Source: Trichomonas gallinae (lineage: Eukaryota). From it: a DNA stretch of 64,000 bases. The notes beneath the pieces were generated by a model, which did no database searches, was not told the origin of the DNA, and saw only the letters and a program-made list of their open reading frames with translations. The position numbers and the translations under genes were made by a program. The stretch is taken from contig MRSU01010726.1 of NCBI GenBank assembly GCA_008369845.1, positions 1 through 64,000 of the forward strand. The letters are read 5' to 3'. The first letter of the stretch is position 1. Each line of letters begins with the position of its first letter. Of this stretch, positions 40,581-51,134 are shown piece after piece.

Positions 40581-41156
40581 ATGAATTTTGACATTGAAGA
40601 AGAAAGCTTGCAAATGAAGATAAGCAACATAATGTCATTATTGAAAGAATCTGAGAATAGAGCCGGAAATGAAAAAATAGAAATTATCAATCGCGCCGAA
40701 GAGGAAATAATCCAAACGGAAACTGCAATAAATGAACTAAAGAGCAGTGTATCACTATTTGCCCCTAATGATATTGATTCTGCTTTAGAAAAAGTCAAAC
40801 AAATCGAGAAAAAACTATCAGATTTAAAATCAAGAGCCCATTTATTAAAACTGAGACACTCAGTAGTGCCTATACCAGCTTCAGCACCAAATTTGCAAGA
40901 TGTCGAATTAGATAGCATTTCAATTGAAAATCTTAAAAAATCATCAGAAATTGGAGTTTCTACACTTGTATCATTACTTGAATCACATCAATTGTTAGAA
41001 AGATCAAGTGATAATATTAGTTATATGAAAATGGCAGTAACAGAGACAGAAACACAGGTTTCTCTTCTAGACAAGATAAATACAATTACTAAAAAAGTTC
41101 TTTTGGTTGTTATTGCGCTAGAAATAATTTGTATTATCATATTGTTATTTTTTTAA
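40581..41156 (+). CDS. Tail-anchored coiled-coil protein, SNARE-like
   Basis: Helical N-terminal bundle, heptad region and a single C-terminal TM (VLLVVIALEIICIIILLFF). Confidence 0.6.
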   Translation: MNFDIEEESLQMKISNIMSLLKESENRAGNEKIEIINRAEEEIIQTETAINELKSSVSLFAPNDIDSALEKVKQIEKKLSDLKSRAHLLKLRHSVVPIPASAPNLQDVELDSISIENLKKSSEIGVSTLVSLLESHQLLERSSDNISYMKMAVTETETQVSLLDKINTITKKVLLVVIALEIICIIILLFF

Positions 41157-41381
41157 ATAAATTATTAAAAACCATGTTTGTGCAAATTATCAGGGTTTAA
41201 TATTGGTTTTATTCGCAAGACAAAGCAGTAGATGTTTTTAATCAGCTAATTAAATTATTTATCATATCGATGATTCAAAAATTCATATTATCAATGATAA
41301 TTATCCTTCTAATATTCTCTTTCTCTTTATTAGACGTATAGGACAAAGAATTTAATCATATGAACATCAAATGAAAAAATC

Positions 41382-42377
41382 ATGTCAAAAAATATTTTAC
41401 ATGGCAAAAATTTAATGAGTATATTAGATCCTGTGAATGTTGACGACATAATTCATCGATTATTGACTGAAGAAAGAAGGAAAATCAACAATAACCTCAT
41501 ACGGCCGCATGAAATCTATTGGCTTATTGATCAAACAACGAATATTCTTAAAAAGCAACCTGTCTGTTTAGAATTAATGCCACCTGTTACTGTCTGCGGT
41601 GATATTCATGGCCAATTTCATGACTTATTACGATTATTTGAAGCAGGTGGATCCCCTGATAGTACAAATTACTTATTTTTAGGGGATTACGTTGATCGAG
41701 GCAACTCAAGTATCAATACAATTTGTTTGCTATATGCATACAAAATCAAGTATCCTCAAAACTTCTTTTTGCTTCGAGGAAATCATGAAGATAAATCAGT
41801 TAACAAAGAATATGGTTTTCTTCGAGAATGTTACGAAACACACAGCACCGATAAAGTTTATAAAGCTTTCAACAAATCATTCAATTGGCTTCCAATCTCT
41901 GCAATAATTGATGGCCGGGTTTTATGCATTCATGGCGGAATTTGTCCAAGCCTCAAGTCAGTTCAGCAGCTGAAAGATATAAAAAGGCCTTATAAACTTG
42001 CAAATGAAGATTTTATTTTAGATTTACTTTGGTCAGATCCAGACAAAAGCACAGCTGAATTTGAGGACAATATCGATAGAGGTTTGTCGTATTTATTTGG
42101 AAAAAATCCAGTTCAGAAATTTTTAAGTGATAATGAACTTGATCTCATAGTTAGAGGTCATCAAGCAGTAGATCGAGGCTATGATTTCCCATATGCTCCA
42201 GATACATCCATAGTTACAGTGTTTAGCGCACCTAATTATTGTGGAGATTTTGGAAATGATGCTGGACTGCTTCAGATAGATATTGATCTAAACTGCTCAT
42301 TCAAGACACTTCCGCCAGCAGAAGATAATTGTGATCATTCTGTACAATCAAAAAAGAAAAATCACGCATTTGATTAA
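41382..42377 (+). CDS. PPP-family Ser/Thr phosphatase, PP1-like
   Basis: GDIHGQ, GDYVDRG, LRGNHE, HGG, DLLWSDP, RGHQ and FSAPNYC. The real start could be the ATG at 41415. Confidence 0.93.
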   Translation: MSKNILHGKNLMSILDPVNVDDIIHRLLTEERRKINNNLIRPHEIYWLIDQTTNILKKQPVCLELMPPVTVCGDIHGQFHDLLRLFEAGGSPDSTNYLFLGDYVDRGNSSINTICLLYAYKIKYPQNFFLLRGNHEDKSVNKEYGFLRECYETHSTDKVYKAFNKSFNWLPISAIIDGRVLCIHGGICPSLKSVQQLKDIKRPYKLANEDFILDLLWSDPDKSTAEFEDNIDRGLSYLFGKNPVQKFLSDNELDLIVRGHQAVDRGYDFPYAPDTSIVTVFSAPNYCGDFGNDAGLLQIDIDLNCSFKTLPPAEDNCDHSVQSKKKNHAFD

Positions 42378-43141
42378 ATCTGTTTCAGACATTTATAATC
42401 TTGCATACAAGCTACAAAAGAGAGTTATGTTAATATTAGATCATTTTTTCATTATCAATATTCTATTTGGACTTTATCTTACGATATCTCCATTAGCTTA
42501 GACTATTATCATATATATCTATAGTATATGTTTTATTCATGTTTATTTTAAACTTACCATGCATTTTTGTTTTATTATTTATTGAACGCTTTTTGAAGAT
42601 ATTAATATTGTAATATATGAACCCGTATCAATGCGTTTGAATATTAATCTATAACCTTATTTCTAAATATTGTATTAGCTATAATTTTTTGACAAAAAGT
42701 GTATAATCTGACTTGTAAATTATACAAAATTAATGAATATGACAATCCGTCATGCAAAGCTCATCCCATAACTACTTGTTCATATTTTCGATTTGACTCA
42801 TATACTATTGAAAAATACTATATAAGTTCGAGAATAAATATAACAAAATGACCGAAATTCCAACCATTGGAGCACTTAAGTCAAGGAAAGAATTTGACAT
42901 AAAAAGCAGATACATGATAGTCACTTTTTCAATAGATAAGATTTGCAGTCAAAATCAATTTTTTCAGCCTATCCATAAGAAAAATATAGTTTATTTTTTA
43001 ACTATTGCTACAATATATTATATTGCATCTATATTTTAAATAGTAAAGAAAAATGTTGTCTGGATGAAAAATGGAATGATGAATAAAAAAGTGCCATCCT
43101 GTAAAATCTGCGTGTAAAATTTTGAAAATTTGTCAGATTTT

Positions 43142-46100
43142 ATGGATTGGCTTCATCTTCTTTTTCTGCTTTCACTGCTGATATTTATCGGCATGCTAGC
43201 GGTGAGGGAGTTGATATTCCATATTGTCAAGAGGAAATTGTACGATATTTTCGGTGATACTTTGGTGTTCATCAAAGGAACGTCAATGTTTTCACTAAAA
43301 ATGGCATCTGGACTCTCAGAAAAGATCCTATTTGAAGTAGAAAACTTGAGAGTCGATGTAGATCCAATTGGCTTCTTCAATACAAGTCAAATTTCATTTA
43401 TTTCACTTCATTGCTCGAAAATGCATCTTACACTGAAGGGAATGAGCCTCAAGAAGTCAAAATCATCGCGAAAAACTCTCGATAAATGGGTAGCCGAGAC
43501 TTTTGGCCAGTTGATGGCGGCCATCGTCTTTAAATCGATAAATTGCAATCTACAGAACGTGTTTTTATCAATAAATGGATTCAAGTTTACATTCGCACAG
43601 CTTGTTATGTTCTACAAAAGAGATAATGAAGTTCTCGGATTCAATTTCTTAATGAAAGAGCTTGTTTTCAACTTGAATATTCCATCGTTGCGCATACCAT
43701 CCATCGAGTTCTCTGTAAACTCAACAATTGACGTCATTCCTCACTTATTAAGAAATATCTTTCATTTAACATTATCGATAACCGCGATCAATATTCTGTA
43801 TGAAAAGGCACAAATACATATAAGTCCTATTTCTGCATCAATAAATGCAAAAAGAGATCAATTCGCTACTGGCACAATTCATACTGAACCGATAATAGTG
43901 CATCTTCCATTGTTCGATTTACTCACTACTAACATGACATTAACATGCGAAGATGTATTCCTTTCTAATCAACGTATTGAAGCAAATAGAATTTCCCTTA
44001 TGAGAATGAATCAAAATGTGCTCCAATTACCATCATTTTTGATGAAGGGCACACAAATTACGCTCGGAACAATAGATTGCACAGTCTCAACGCCTTTAAT
44101 GATTGATGCGGGGTTAATTGGAAGATTTTGCGCTGAAAAACTGTCATTAAAGCCAAGAGAAGGTGTTATGGACAAATACGCACTGTTAAGAGAGTTTACA
44201 GCAACAAGTCCGTCTGGAGTATTAAAATTCGCTTTATCTGATCATCACGTACACAAATTCAACCTAAAGAAGATAAATTTCAAGGACATGGTCGTTAGTG
44301 CTAAGTATGTCGTCGGCGACATTCTTTTCCCAAACCAAGTTGTTCCATTTTGCTCAGGAACGAAAATTTCGATGAGAATCGAGCCTCCTAGGATGGACGT
44401 GAAGGCCAAGTATATCGAACTCATTTTGTCGGATGATTTCGCTGAAACAACATATTTCCAGGAATTATTCGGAATATTTAGATTCCTGCAGAGCCATTTC
44501 AGGGGAGGAACATGGGAAACACGCGCAAACATGCCGCCAACGCGATTTATCTTCTCATTCCAGCTCACTGAAGGCCTTGTTAGGTATAAAAGACCAAAAC
44601 TTACAATTGAGATACAGAAGGCTAATGAAGCGAGATCAGCAGCGCAAGAAGATCTTAGAATAAGACAAGAAAAAGCTCTACAAATAATTCAATCTCAATA
44701 TCCAAATAAATTCAATCCAGAAAAATTCGATTACGAGTCTAAACAGTTGTTTCTCAAACTATACAAAGACTTATTGAAAGAAATTGACAACAAAGTTGAG
44801 ACAGATTGGTTTACAGTAGAAATTAAAAATCTCGAATGCGGAATTAATGGGTTTATGATCCAAAATCGCAAAGCAGCTTTAGACAAAATCAAATATATAT
44901 GCGATGAAGTCACTGACGATATAATTGGAAGAATTGCAGGAGCTCCTTACTATGGAACTGCAGATTACATTGCTTGGAAGGTTCCTGAGTTTGGAGTTGT
45001 ATATAGTGGCTCAAATCTTGAATCAAAAGGCCATTTCTTCACAACATATCATAATTCTAAAAAAGCTTCAGAATATTTTATGTTCAACATCACATGCGAT
45101 GAAGGACAGAGCAAATTCCAGATCCCCATGGTTTCATCGCGCAATGTTGTATTTTTAGATGTCGCGATGACAGCTAAGAAATTATACGGACATTGGGGCC
45201 TTGCTTTCTTCCAGTGGTGCCAAGACTTCAAGCTTGCCAGCCGAATTTTCAGGCAGCGCCATATGAAATTCAAATGGCTTCAATTTATTGATCATACGAG
45301 ATTTAGAACTCGCTGGAAAGTCGATTTAAAGTGTGATGACATGTCATATGGCTTCAATGACCCAGTGGATCCTTACGGCGAACCTTTATATATTTTGTCA
45401 TATCATAATACTTCATTCCAGTTCGATGGAGACAAATATTCACTGAGTGGCTCTGATTTCATGATATATTTCACCAACCAATTTGGCCCACAGCCTTTCT
45501 GCACATTATTCCAACCTCGAGTCACAGCGAGATGGGGAACACACAACGCTAACATGCCTCAGGATGAGCGCAGACCCATCTTCATTCCGATAGATACAAC
45601 GCAAATGCAAGATGAAAACTACGATCCATATGAAAAGTGGAGAACAGACAAATTCTCAATACATTTAACAGAAACATTCAGCGAGCAGATGGGTATCGTC
45701 GATCTGGACATGCTGCAAATAGTATTAGACAGAGCAGCACCAAGAATGAGCTTAGAAAAATTCGTCAGGCCTCCGCTTTTCGTCATCAGATTCGTTCCTT
45801 TCCCATTATATGGATTCACAGATGCCAATGTCACTTTGCCGCCTTTATTGCTGAGAATGATGAACGGCTCATTAGTCGTGAAAATGCACGGAGACCCTCT
45901 TAGAGTTATGTACAATGAATCACTGCAGAAGAGCATGAGCATAATGACGAACGATTTCATTATTACTTGTTCGTATAACATGAGGAACATAATGCAGATA
46001 CATCTCAACAATCTAAACGTTGAGAGGAACAAAGGCGTCATACAGGTGAATCTCAGAGACATTTCTATCGATGCATATTTGGATTGCATTATGCAGATCA

Positions 46101-47272
46101 GACAGTTCCCACTTAAAACACATCCTAAGAAGATAACAACTGCTCTGCAAAGCATCAACTCTGTCGAAGAATTATTCCACCATTTCAATCAGACAATCAT
46201 GACTGTTTTGGTCCACAAGATCGATTTCAGGTGCATCCATTCCACAGAAGACTTGCTGACGATAAACGTATCGATGCTGATCATCGAGAAGAGAATCAAT
46301 GAAGCTCTGCTTGGAATGATGACATTCGCATTCACTGAATGCACAGTCAAAGCACCACAAAACATTACTCTGATGACAATCAAAGAACCACAGCTTTGCC
46401 TTGCAACAGCGTCTAACAGAGCAATTGTCGCTTGCACGATCAACAAGATAGAGTTATCCATCTCACAAGAAGATATCGAATTCTATTTGCCCGTCATCAA
46501 AAGAGTCAGACAATACCTTAAGTCATTCAATGCTTCGGCTGAACAAGAGAACCAGGAGAAACCTAATATCGAGTTCATGATCTTGTTGACACTAGAATGT
46601 TTAGATGTTGTTTTACTCAGGCAGACGAGATCACCTTTGATTACAGCCAAAGTACAAGGAATCTGCTTCGACGGCAAAAGAATCGAAGACATGTCAGAAG
46701 CATTCAAGATCTCGTTCAGGAAAATCGACGCAGAGAGAAATGAAGCAATCGATGCTTTCCATACCATATTCAAATCTAATGAAGGCAATCAGCCTATTTT
46801 CAACTTTGTCTTGAACCAGACGAGGCCGCTGATGAGGTGCCCTGTCTTTGATAGAATTGATGTGACAATGGCTCCATTCCTGATTTCCATTGATATTGCC
46901 TTCTTCTTGGAGATCGTGGAGTTCTTCAAGTCGACTGATGATATGCACGTCCTCGATTTCGATGAAGAAGAGATTGAGTCAACTCCACAGCCAGTAGAAT
47001 TGCAGAGCGTTGACGCATCGAAGCAGGATGATGCAAACTTGTTCTTCTGCAGAATGTTCAGATTCAATCCTATTGATGCTTCATTGAACATCAGATTCCC
47101 AAGAGAATCAGTTTTCGCTGAGTTCACTAACAGGCCTTTCGTTTTCGCAGGTTTGTTCCTCGAAGACATCTTCGGAACTAAGCAGCAGATCATCGCGCTG
47201 CTTAAGAAGAACATGAAATGGACTGTCATCAAAGCATTACCCAAATTCTTCTTCAAGAAGACAAAAGAATAA
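43142..47272 (+). CDS. Large N-terminally anchored beta-rich protein, bridge-like lipid-transfer (Hobbit/FMP27-like)
   Basis: N-terminal TM, long alternating beta-strand patterns and a C-terminal amphipathic helix (IIALLKKNMKWTVIKALP). The family call is inferred. Confidence 0.5.
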   Translation: MDWLHLLFLLSLLIFIGMLAVRELIFHIVKRKLYDIFGDTLVFIKGTSMFSLKMASGLSEKILFEVENLRVDVDPIGFFNTSQISFISLHCSKMHLTLKGMSLKKSKSSRKTLDKWVAETFGQLMAAIVFKSINCNLQNVFLSINGFKFTFAQLVMFYKRDNEVLGFNFLMKELVFNLNIPSLRIPSIEFSVNSTIDVIPHLLRNIFHLTLSITAINILYEKAQIHISPISASINAKRDQFATGTIHTEPIIVHLPLFDLLTTNMTLTCEDVFLSNQRIEANRISLMRMNQNVLQLPSFLMKGTQITLGTIDCTVSTPLMIDAGLIGRFCAEKLSLKPREGVMDKYALLREFTATSPSGVLKFALSDHHVHKFNLKKINFKDMVVSAKYVVGDILFPNQVVPFCSGTKISMRIEPPRMDVKAKYIELILSDDFAETTYFQELFGIFRFLQSHFRGGTWETRANMPPTRFIFSFQLTEGLVRYKRPKLTIEIQKANEARSAAQEDLRIRQEKALQIIQSQYPNKFNPEKFDYESKQLFLKLYKDLLKEIDNKVETDWFTVEIKNLECGINGFMIQNRKAALDKIKYICDEVTDDIIGRIAGAPYYGTADYIAWKVPEFGVVYSGSNLESKGHFFTTYHNSKKASEYFMFNITCDEGQSKFQIPMVSSRNVVFLDVAMTAKKLYGHWGLAFFQWCQDFKLASRIFRQRHMKFKWLQFIDHTRFRTRWKVDLKCDDMSYGFNDPVDPYGEPLYILSYHNTSFQFDGDKYSLSGSDFMIYFTNQFGPQPFCTLFQPRVTARWGTHNANMPQDERRPIFIPIDTTQMQDENYDPYEKWRTDKFSIHLTETFSEQMGIVDLDMLQIVLDRAAPRMSLEKFVRPPLFVIRFVPFPLYGFTDANVTLPPLLLRMMNGSLVVKMHGDPLRVMYNESLQKSMSIMTNDFIITCSYNMRNIMQIHLNNLNVERNKGVIQVNLRDISIDAYLDCIMQIRQFPLKTHPKKITTALQSINSVEELFHHFNQTIMTVLVHKIDFRCIHSTEDLLTINVSMLIIEKRINEALLGMMTFAFTECTVKAPQNITLMTIKEPQLCLATASNRAIVACTINKIELSISQEDIEFYLPVIKRVRQYLKSFNASAEQENQEKPNIEFMILLTLECLDVVLLRQTRSPLITAKVQGICFDGKRIEDMSEAFKISFRKIDAERNEAIDAFHTIFKSNEGNQPIFNFVLNQTRPLMRCPVFDRIDVTMAPFLISIDIAFFLEIVEFFKSTDDMHVLDFDEEEIESTPQPVELQSVDASKQDDANLFFCRMFRFNPIDASLNIRFPRESVFAEFTNRPFVFAGLFLEDIFGTKQQIIALLKKNMKWTVIKALPKFFFKKTKE

Positions 47273-47664
47273 ATATTGTTTATAATTGTTTTTTATGAAC
47301 CACATAATTTTTTTTTTACATTCAAAAATTCATGTTCATAATTAACTAATGACTTTTACAGTTAGTATTCTATCAATACTAGGCATATGCAAGTCCAAAT
47401 TCTCAAAACTCGAATCAAATTCTATCAATACATCATTGATTTGTGCTTCAAGAAATGATTATTTTAAAGTTGCAAAAAAATGCAATAAAACAGCTTTGTT
47501 TATTTCTTCATAAAAATATCAATACTATAACTAAGTCGCACTGGTGTTATTATTGCTGATGATATGATTTTACTTCAAACAATTCAATATGTGAACCATT
47601 ACAAAGCACTTTTATATATGGTGAATATGAAAAAATATAAAAAGTGACAAAAAATTTAAAGGAA

Positions 47665-49062
47665 ATGAATGAAAGTGAAAATCATTATTCGGAGCAAGAT
47701 GATTATGAAGAAGATGATTTTGAGGAAGAAGTAGTTGAGAAAAAGCCAACAAAAAGACAAATTCGGAAAATACCGAAATTTAAGATTTCGATTTTCTTAA
47801 TAATAATCATTGGTGCTCTGATAAAAACATATATTCATCGCGTTGAAATTAAAAATATTAAATTAGCAATCAAAAATAATCAATACAAATATTACATACA
47901 AAATCTAGAACTGATGCGCGAAAGACACTCACTTGCAGTCAAGCAAGATTGGGTTACTGTCATTGTAGAAATACTATTACTACAATTTTCATGGACAATT
48001 TATCAATACACGCAAACAGACATGCTTAATATCATTATTTTAATAATTGCGAGATATATGTTAACGGTTTTCCCATTTACACACTATAATATACACACAT
48101 TATGGAAGAAATACCCAGATATATATTATTTACCTGAATTCGAATCTTCATTTCCTCCAAAACAGATTTTATTGCACTTAGTTTTCAATATTATCATTTA
48201 CTTCTACGAAACATTACTGTTTACGTTTACAAAATTACTAACTAGGCGAAATTCAAGAAAAAATAATGATGATTTATTAAATTCTTCAACAGAGTCATTA
48301 AAAATTAGCTACACATCATCAAAGTTCTTTTGGTTGATACATTGGCTGATAATTACAATATTATTAATTATTATTGCAATTTTCTATCCAATGATTGCTT
48401 CTGACCTTAGTAAGAGAATGTATCTAGAAAAATATCAGGAAAAATCAGCTCTAAAAACGATTAGAAGGGTTTCTCGCTCAGTAAAATTTCCATATGGCCA
48501 AATAAATGTTGCATTTGAGCGGAAATTAGCGGATAACATCACAATATTCGGATACAAGTCCAAAAACATTGTTATTACTGAATCAATGGCGAAAAATTAT
48601 TCCCCCGAAATTATTTCAGCTTTAATCGCAAAAGAAATCGGTCATTGGTATAACAACGACGATATTTACAAAGCTATATTACTTTCAATCCCTATTTTAT
48701 TCATTTCACTCATTATTCAAGTTTTAGTTCAATTCGGATTATCAGATTTTGGATTTGGCAACGAATTTCCTGATTCCGTGATTATCTTCATAATTATAAT
48801 AGTTTCTGAAGTTGTTTTCGTGTTTTGGACACCTGTTTCGTCCTCTGCAAACAGATCTTTTATTTGCAAGGCAGATTGCTTCGCAAGCAGCTTCAATGTT
48901 CCAATTGCATCAGCCATTCAGCAGTTTTATGATATGCCACGCTATATTCCTTCTAATTTATATCGATGGTTTTATTTCCGCCTTCCTTTGCCAAATGAAA
49001 GGCTTGATTATATCCCACACTGTAAGAAAGTCCTTTGGCCTAAGATTATTGTTAATATTTAA
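47665..49062 (+). CDS. M48/Ste24-like multi-TM protein with degenerate catalytic motifs
   Basis: Ste24-like layout: NITIFGYKSKNIVITES, EIISALIAKEIGHW, KADCFA and LPNERL. Confidence 0.75.
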   Translation: MNESENHYSEQDDYEEDDFEEEVVEKKPTKRQIRKIPKFKISIFLIIIIGALIKTYIHRVEIKNIKLAIKNNQYKYYIQNLELMRERHSLAVKQDWVTVIVEILLLQFSWTIYQYTQTDMLNIIILIIARYMLTVFPFTHYNIHTLWKKYPDIYYLPEFESSFPPKQILLHLVFNIIIYFYETLLFTFTKLLTRRNSRKNNDDLLNSSTESLKISYTSSKFFWLIHWLIITILLIIIAIFYPMIASDLSKRMYLEKYQEKSALKTIRRVSRSVKFPYGQINVAFERKLADNITIFGYKSKNIVITESMAKNYSPEIISALIAKEIGHWYNNDDIYKAILLSIPILFISLIIQVLVQFGLSDFGFGNEFPDSVIIFIIIIVSEVVFVFWTPVSSSANRSFICKADCFASSFNVPIASAIQQFYDMPRYIPSNLYRWFYFRLPLPNERLDYIPHCKKVLWPKIIVNI

Positions 49063-49878
49063 ATACATTTTCCTTGTTTTGTTTTTTATTATCCGAAAAA
49101 TTATACATTTTTATTCATATATAATACAAAATTTACTTATATTGCTCCTATAACATCCAAATTCTTAATTACTACTTTCCTAACAAAAAAAAAACATCAA
49201 ATCTTATTAATTAGCAGTCATTATATTGTATATTTACCTCAATATATTCATTACTAGCTTCTATTATTATATAATATACACTAATCATGATGACTAAAGT
49301 GTTTTTATATTAATTATAGAATTTTAATGCTAAAATTTTATTATTTAGTGGAGTAATTTTGCTACGGTTGAGTATTTAATACATGATGTTTATAATTTGT
49401 TATTTTTCATAATTTAGTCGCTTTCTGGGATCTGCAGAAATATATTTAGCAGCCACTAGATTACAATAAACAAAGTTCAATCAAAAATAATGATGTATCC
49501 AAAAACAATTATATTTTCCAAAAAAATCAACGGCTCTTTGTTATCACACAGTATGTTGCTAGTATTAAACAAGCAAACATGATGATTGTAGTTCCATTAT
49601 GTTGTGATCGTGAGTTTTCAATAAGGATTTAATTATTTTTTTTCTCCGAAGCTATTTATATGATGCATCATCCGCAAAACCATGATAAAATCGTCCCAAA
49701 TGACATCAATCAACGTACGAATCAGAATAATACGGTCATATTTTTTGATCACTAAACTCTTGACAAAATCATCAACCAATCATTCCATGTTCTTCCTAGC
49801 AATGCCTGGTGCCAAGTTTTTCTGTTAAAAATTGTGTTGCCCTTAAAATTACCGGTCAGAATTGATCAAAAATCATAA

Positions 49879-50862
49879 ATGGATACATTCAGAGGCTACG
49901 ACTACTCCTTTTCAGGATTTATAGACTACACGAAGTGCTACAAAGAGGTTAATGTGCTTTGGTTGGTAGTTGGCCTTTGCATTTTCTTAGGAACTGTTAT
50001 ATCAGTAATTCCTCAACTATACAACTACGTAAAACTACGATCAAACTTCGGTATAAACTCGCTAGCGGTGTTTATGATAAGTTTTAGCCAATGGGTACAA
50101 ACTATGAATTATTTTTGTTTACATAATGCAGACTTTGCCGGTATTACAAGGGCGCAATTCAAAAGATGGTTCCCTAGACTTGTGTCTTTTTTGAACATTT
50201 TCATTCTCTGGTATATATATCTCGGAAATACATTCTTAAACTTGATTTTCTTTGACAAAGAACCAAGAAAACTACGTCCACAAGAAACTATCAAGCGCAA
50301 TCGCATCGTTAACGTTACTTTCATGCTTCTTTTACACATTCTCTCGTTTATTGTCATCTTAGTTTTCTATATTATTGGTCCTCCAATTGGTTTCGCCTCA
50401 AATGCGATGTTCTACTACGGCTCTGTGCTCGGAACAATGGGTGGCGTCATCACTGTCATACAATATATACCACAAATGATCACAACTTGCAAAGTTCAAG
50501 GTCCGGGGTCACTTTCTTTGATATTACTCTGCATACAAGCACCCGGTGGACTTACGAACTCTGCATTCATGATATTCGGAACAGGTGAAAACTGGTCCAC
50601 GTGGTTTCCAACGCTTATGGGCGCTCTTCAGCAATGCGTCTTGATCATTATTATTGTATTTTTCATGTGCAAGAATTGCGGCAAGAAAGTACAACAGGAT
50701 GCATCAGACCAAACTGATAGAGACCTTTCAAGGCCTGACGCGGAATTAGATCATCTTTCATCAAATAATGAGGATAATAAAGCTCAAGATGATGCAAAAG
50801 CAGAAGAAAAAGCTGAAGAAAGTTCATCTTCAAAGTCTGTTCCTATCAATAGAGATGATTAA
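49879..50862 (+). CDS. PQ-loop repeat membrane transporter
   Basis: Two PQ motifs (SVIPQLYN...GINS and YIPQMITT...GSLS), about 7 TM segments and an acidic tail. Confidence 0.88.
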   Translation: MDTFRGYDYSFSGFIDYTKCYKEVNVLWLVVGLCIFLGTVISVIPQLYNYVKLRSNFGINSLAVFMISFSQWVQTMNYFCLHNADFAGITRAQFKRWFPRLVSFLNIFILWYIYLGNTFLNLIFFDKEPRKLRPQETIKRNRIVNVTFMLLLHILSFIVILVFYIIGPPIGFASNAMFYYGSVLGTMGGVITVIQYIPQMITTCKVQGPGSLSLILLCIQAPGGLTNSAFMIFGTGENWSTWFPTLMGALQQCVLIIIIVFFMCKNCGKKVQQDASDQTDRDLSRPDAELDHLSSNNEDNKAQDDAKAEEKAEESSSSKSVPINRDD

Positions 50863-51134
50863 TTTTATAATATATTATTTTTGTTTATATGCCTTATTAA
50901 TTCCTTTTAATTTGTAAAATATTATTGATTTTCTTTCAATTCGTTTCATTAATTTTGTTTATAATCTACTTTAACAAGATTTTTTAATTTTTTGGTAATA
51001 AAGCCTAATTTAATAAACAAAAATCATACATAATAGAATCTATGTATGTTTAGCTCTTCTATAGATATTGTGTCATTATTAAATAAATTGTCGCATATCC
51101 TCAAAAAAGTTCGTCATTTTCAAATTTATATAAA

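Noticed and set aside
43153..47256. Numerous antisense or nested ORFs within the 1380-aa gene (similar ones occur in the other long genes)
   Set aside because: Typical off-frame shadows without motifs or promoter signals.
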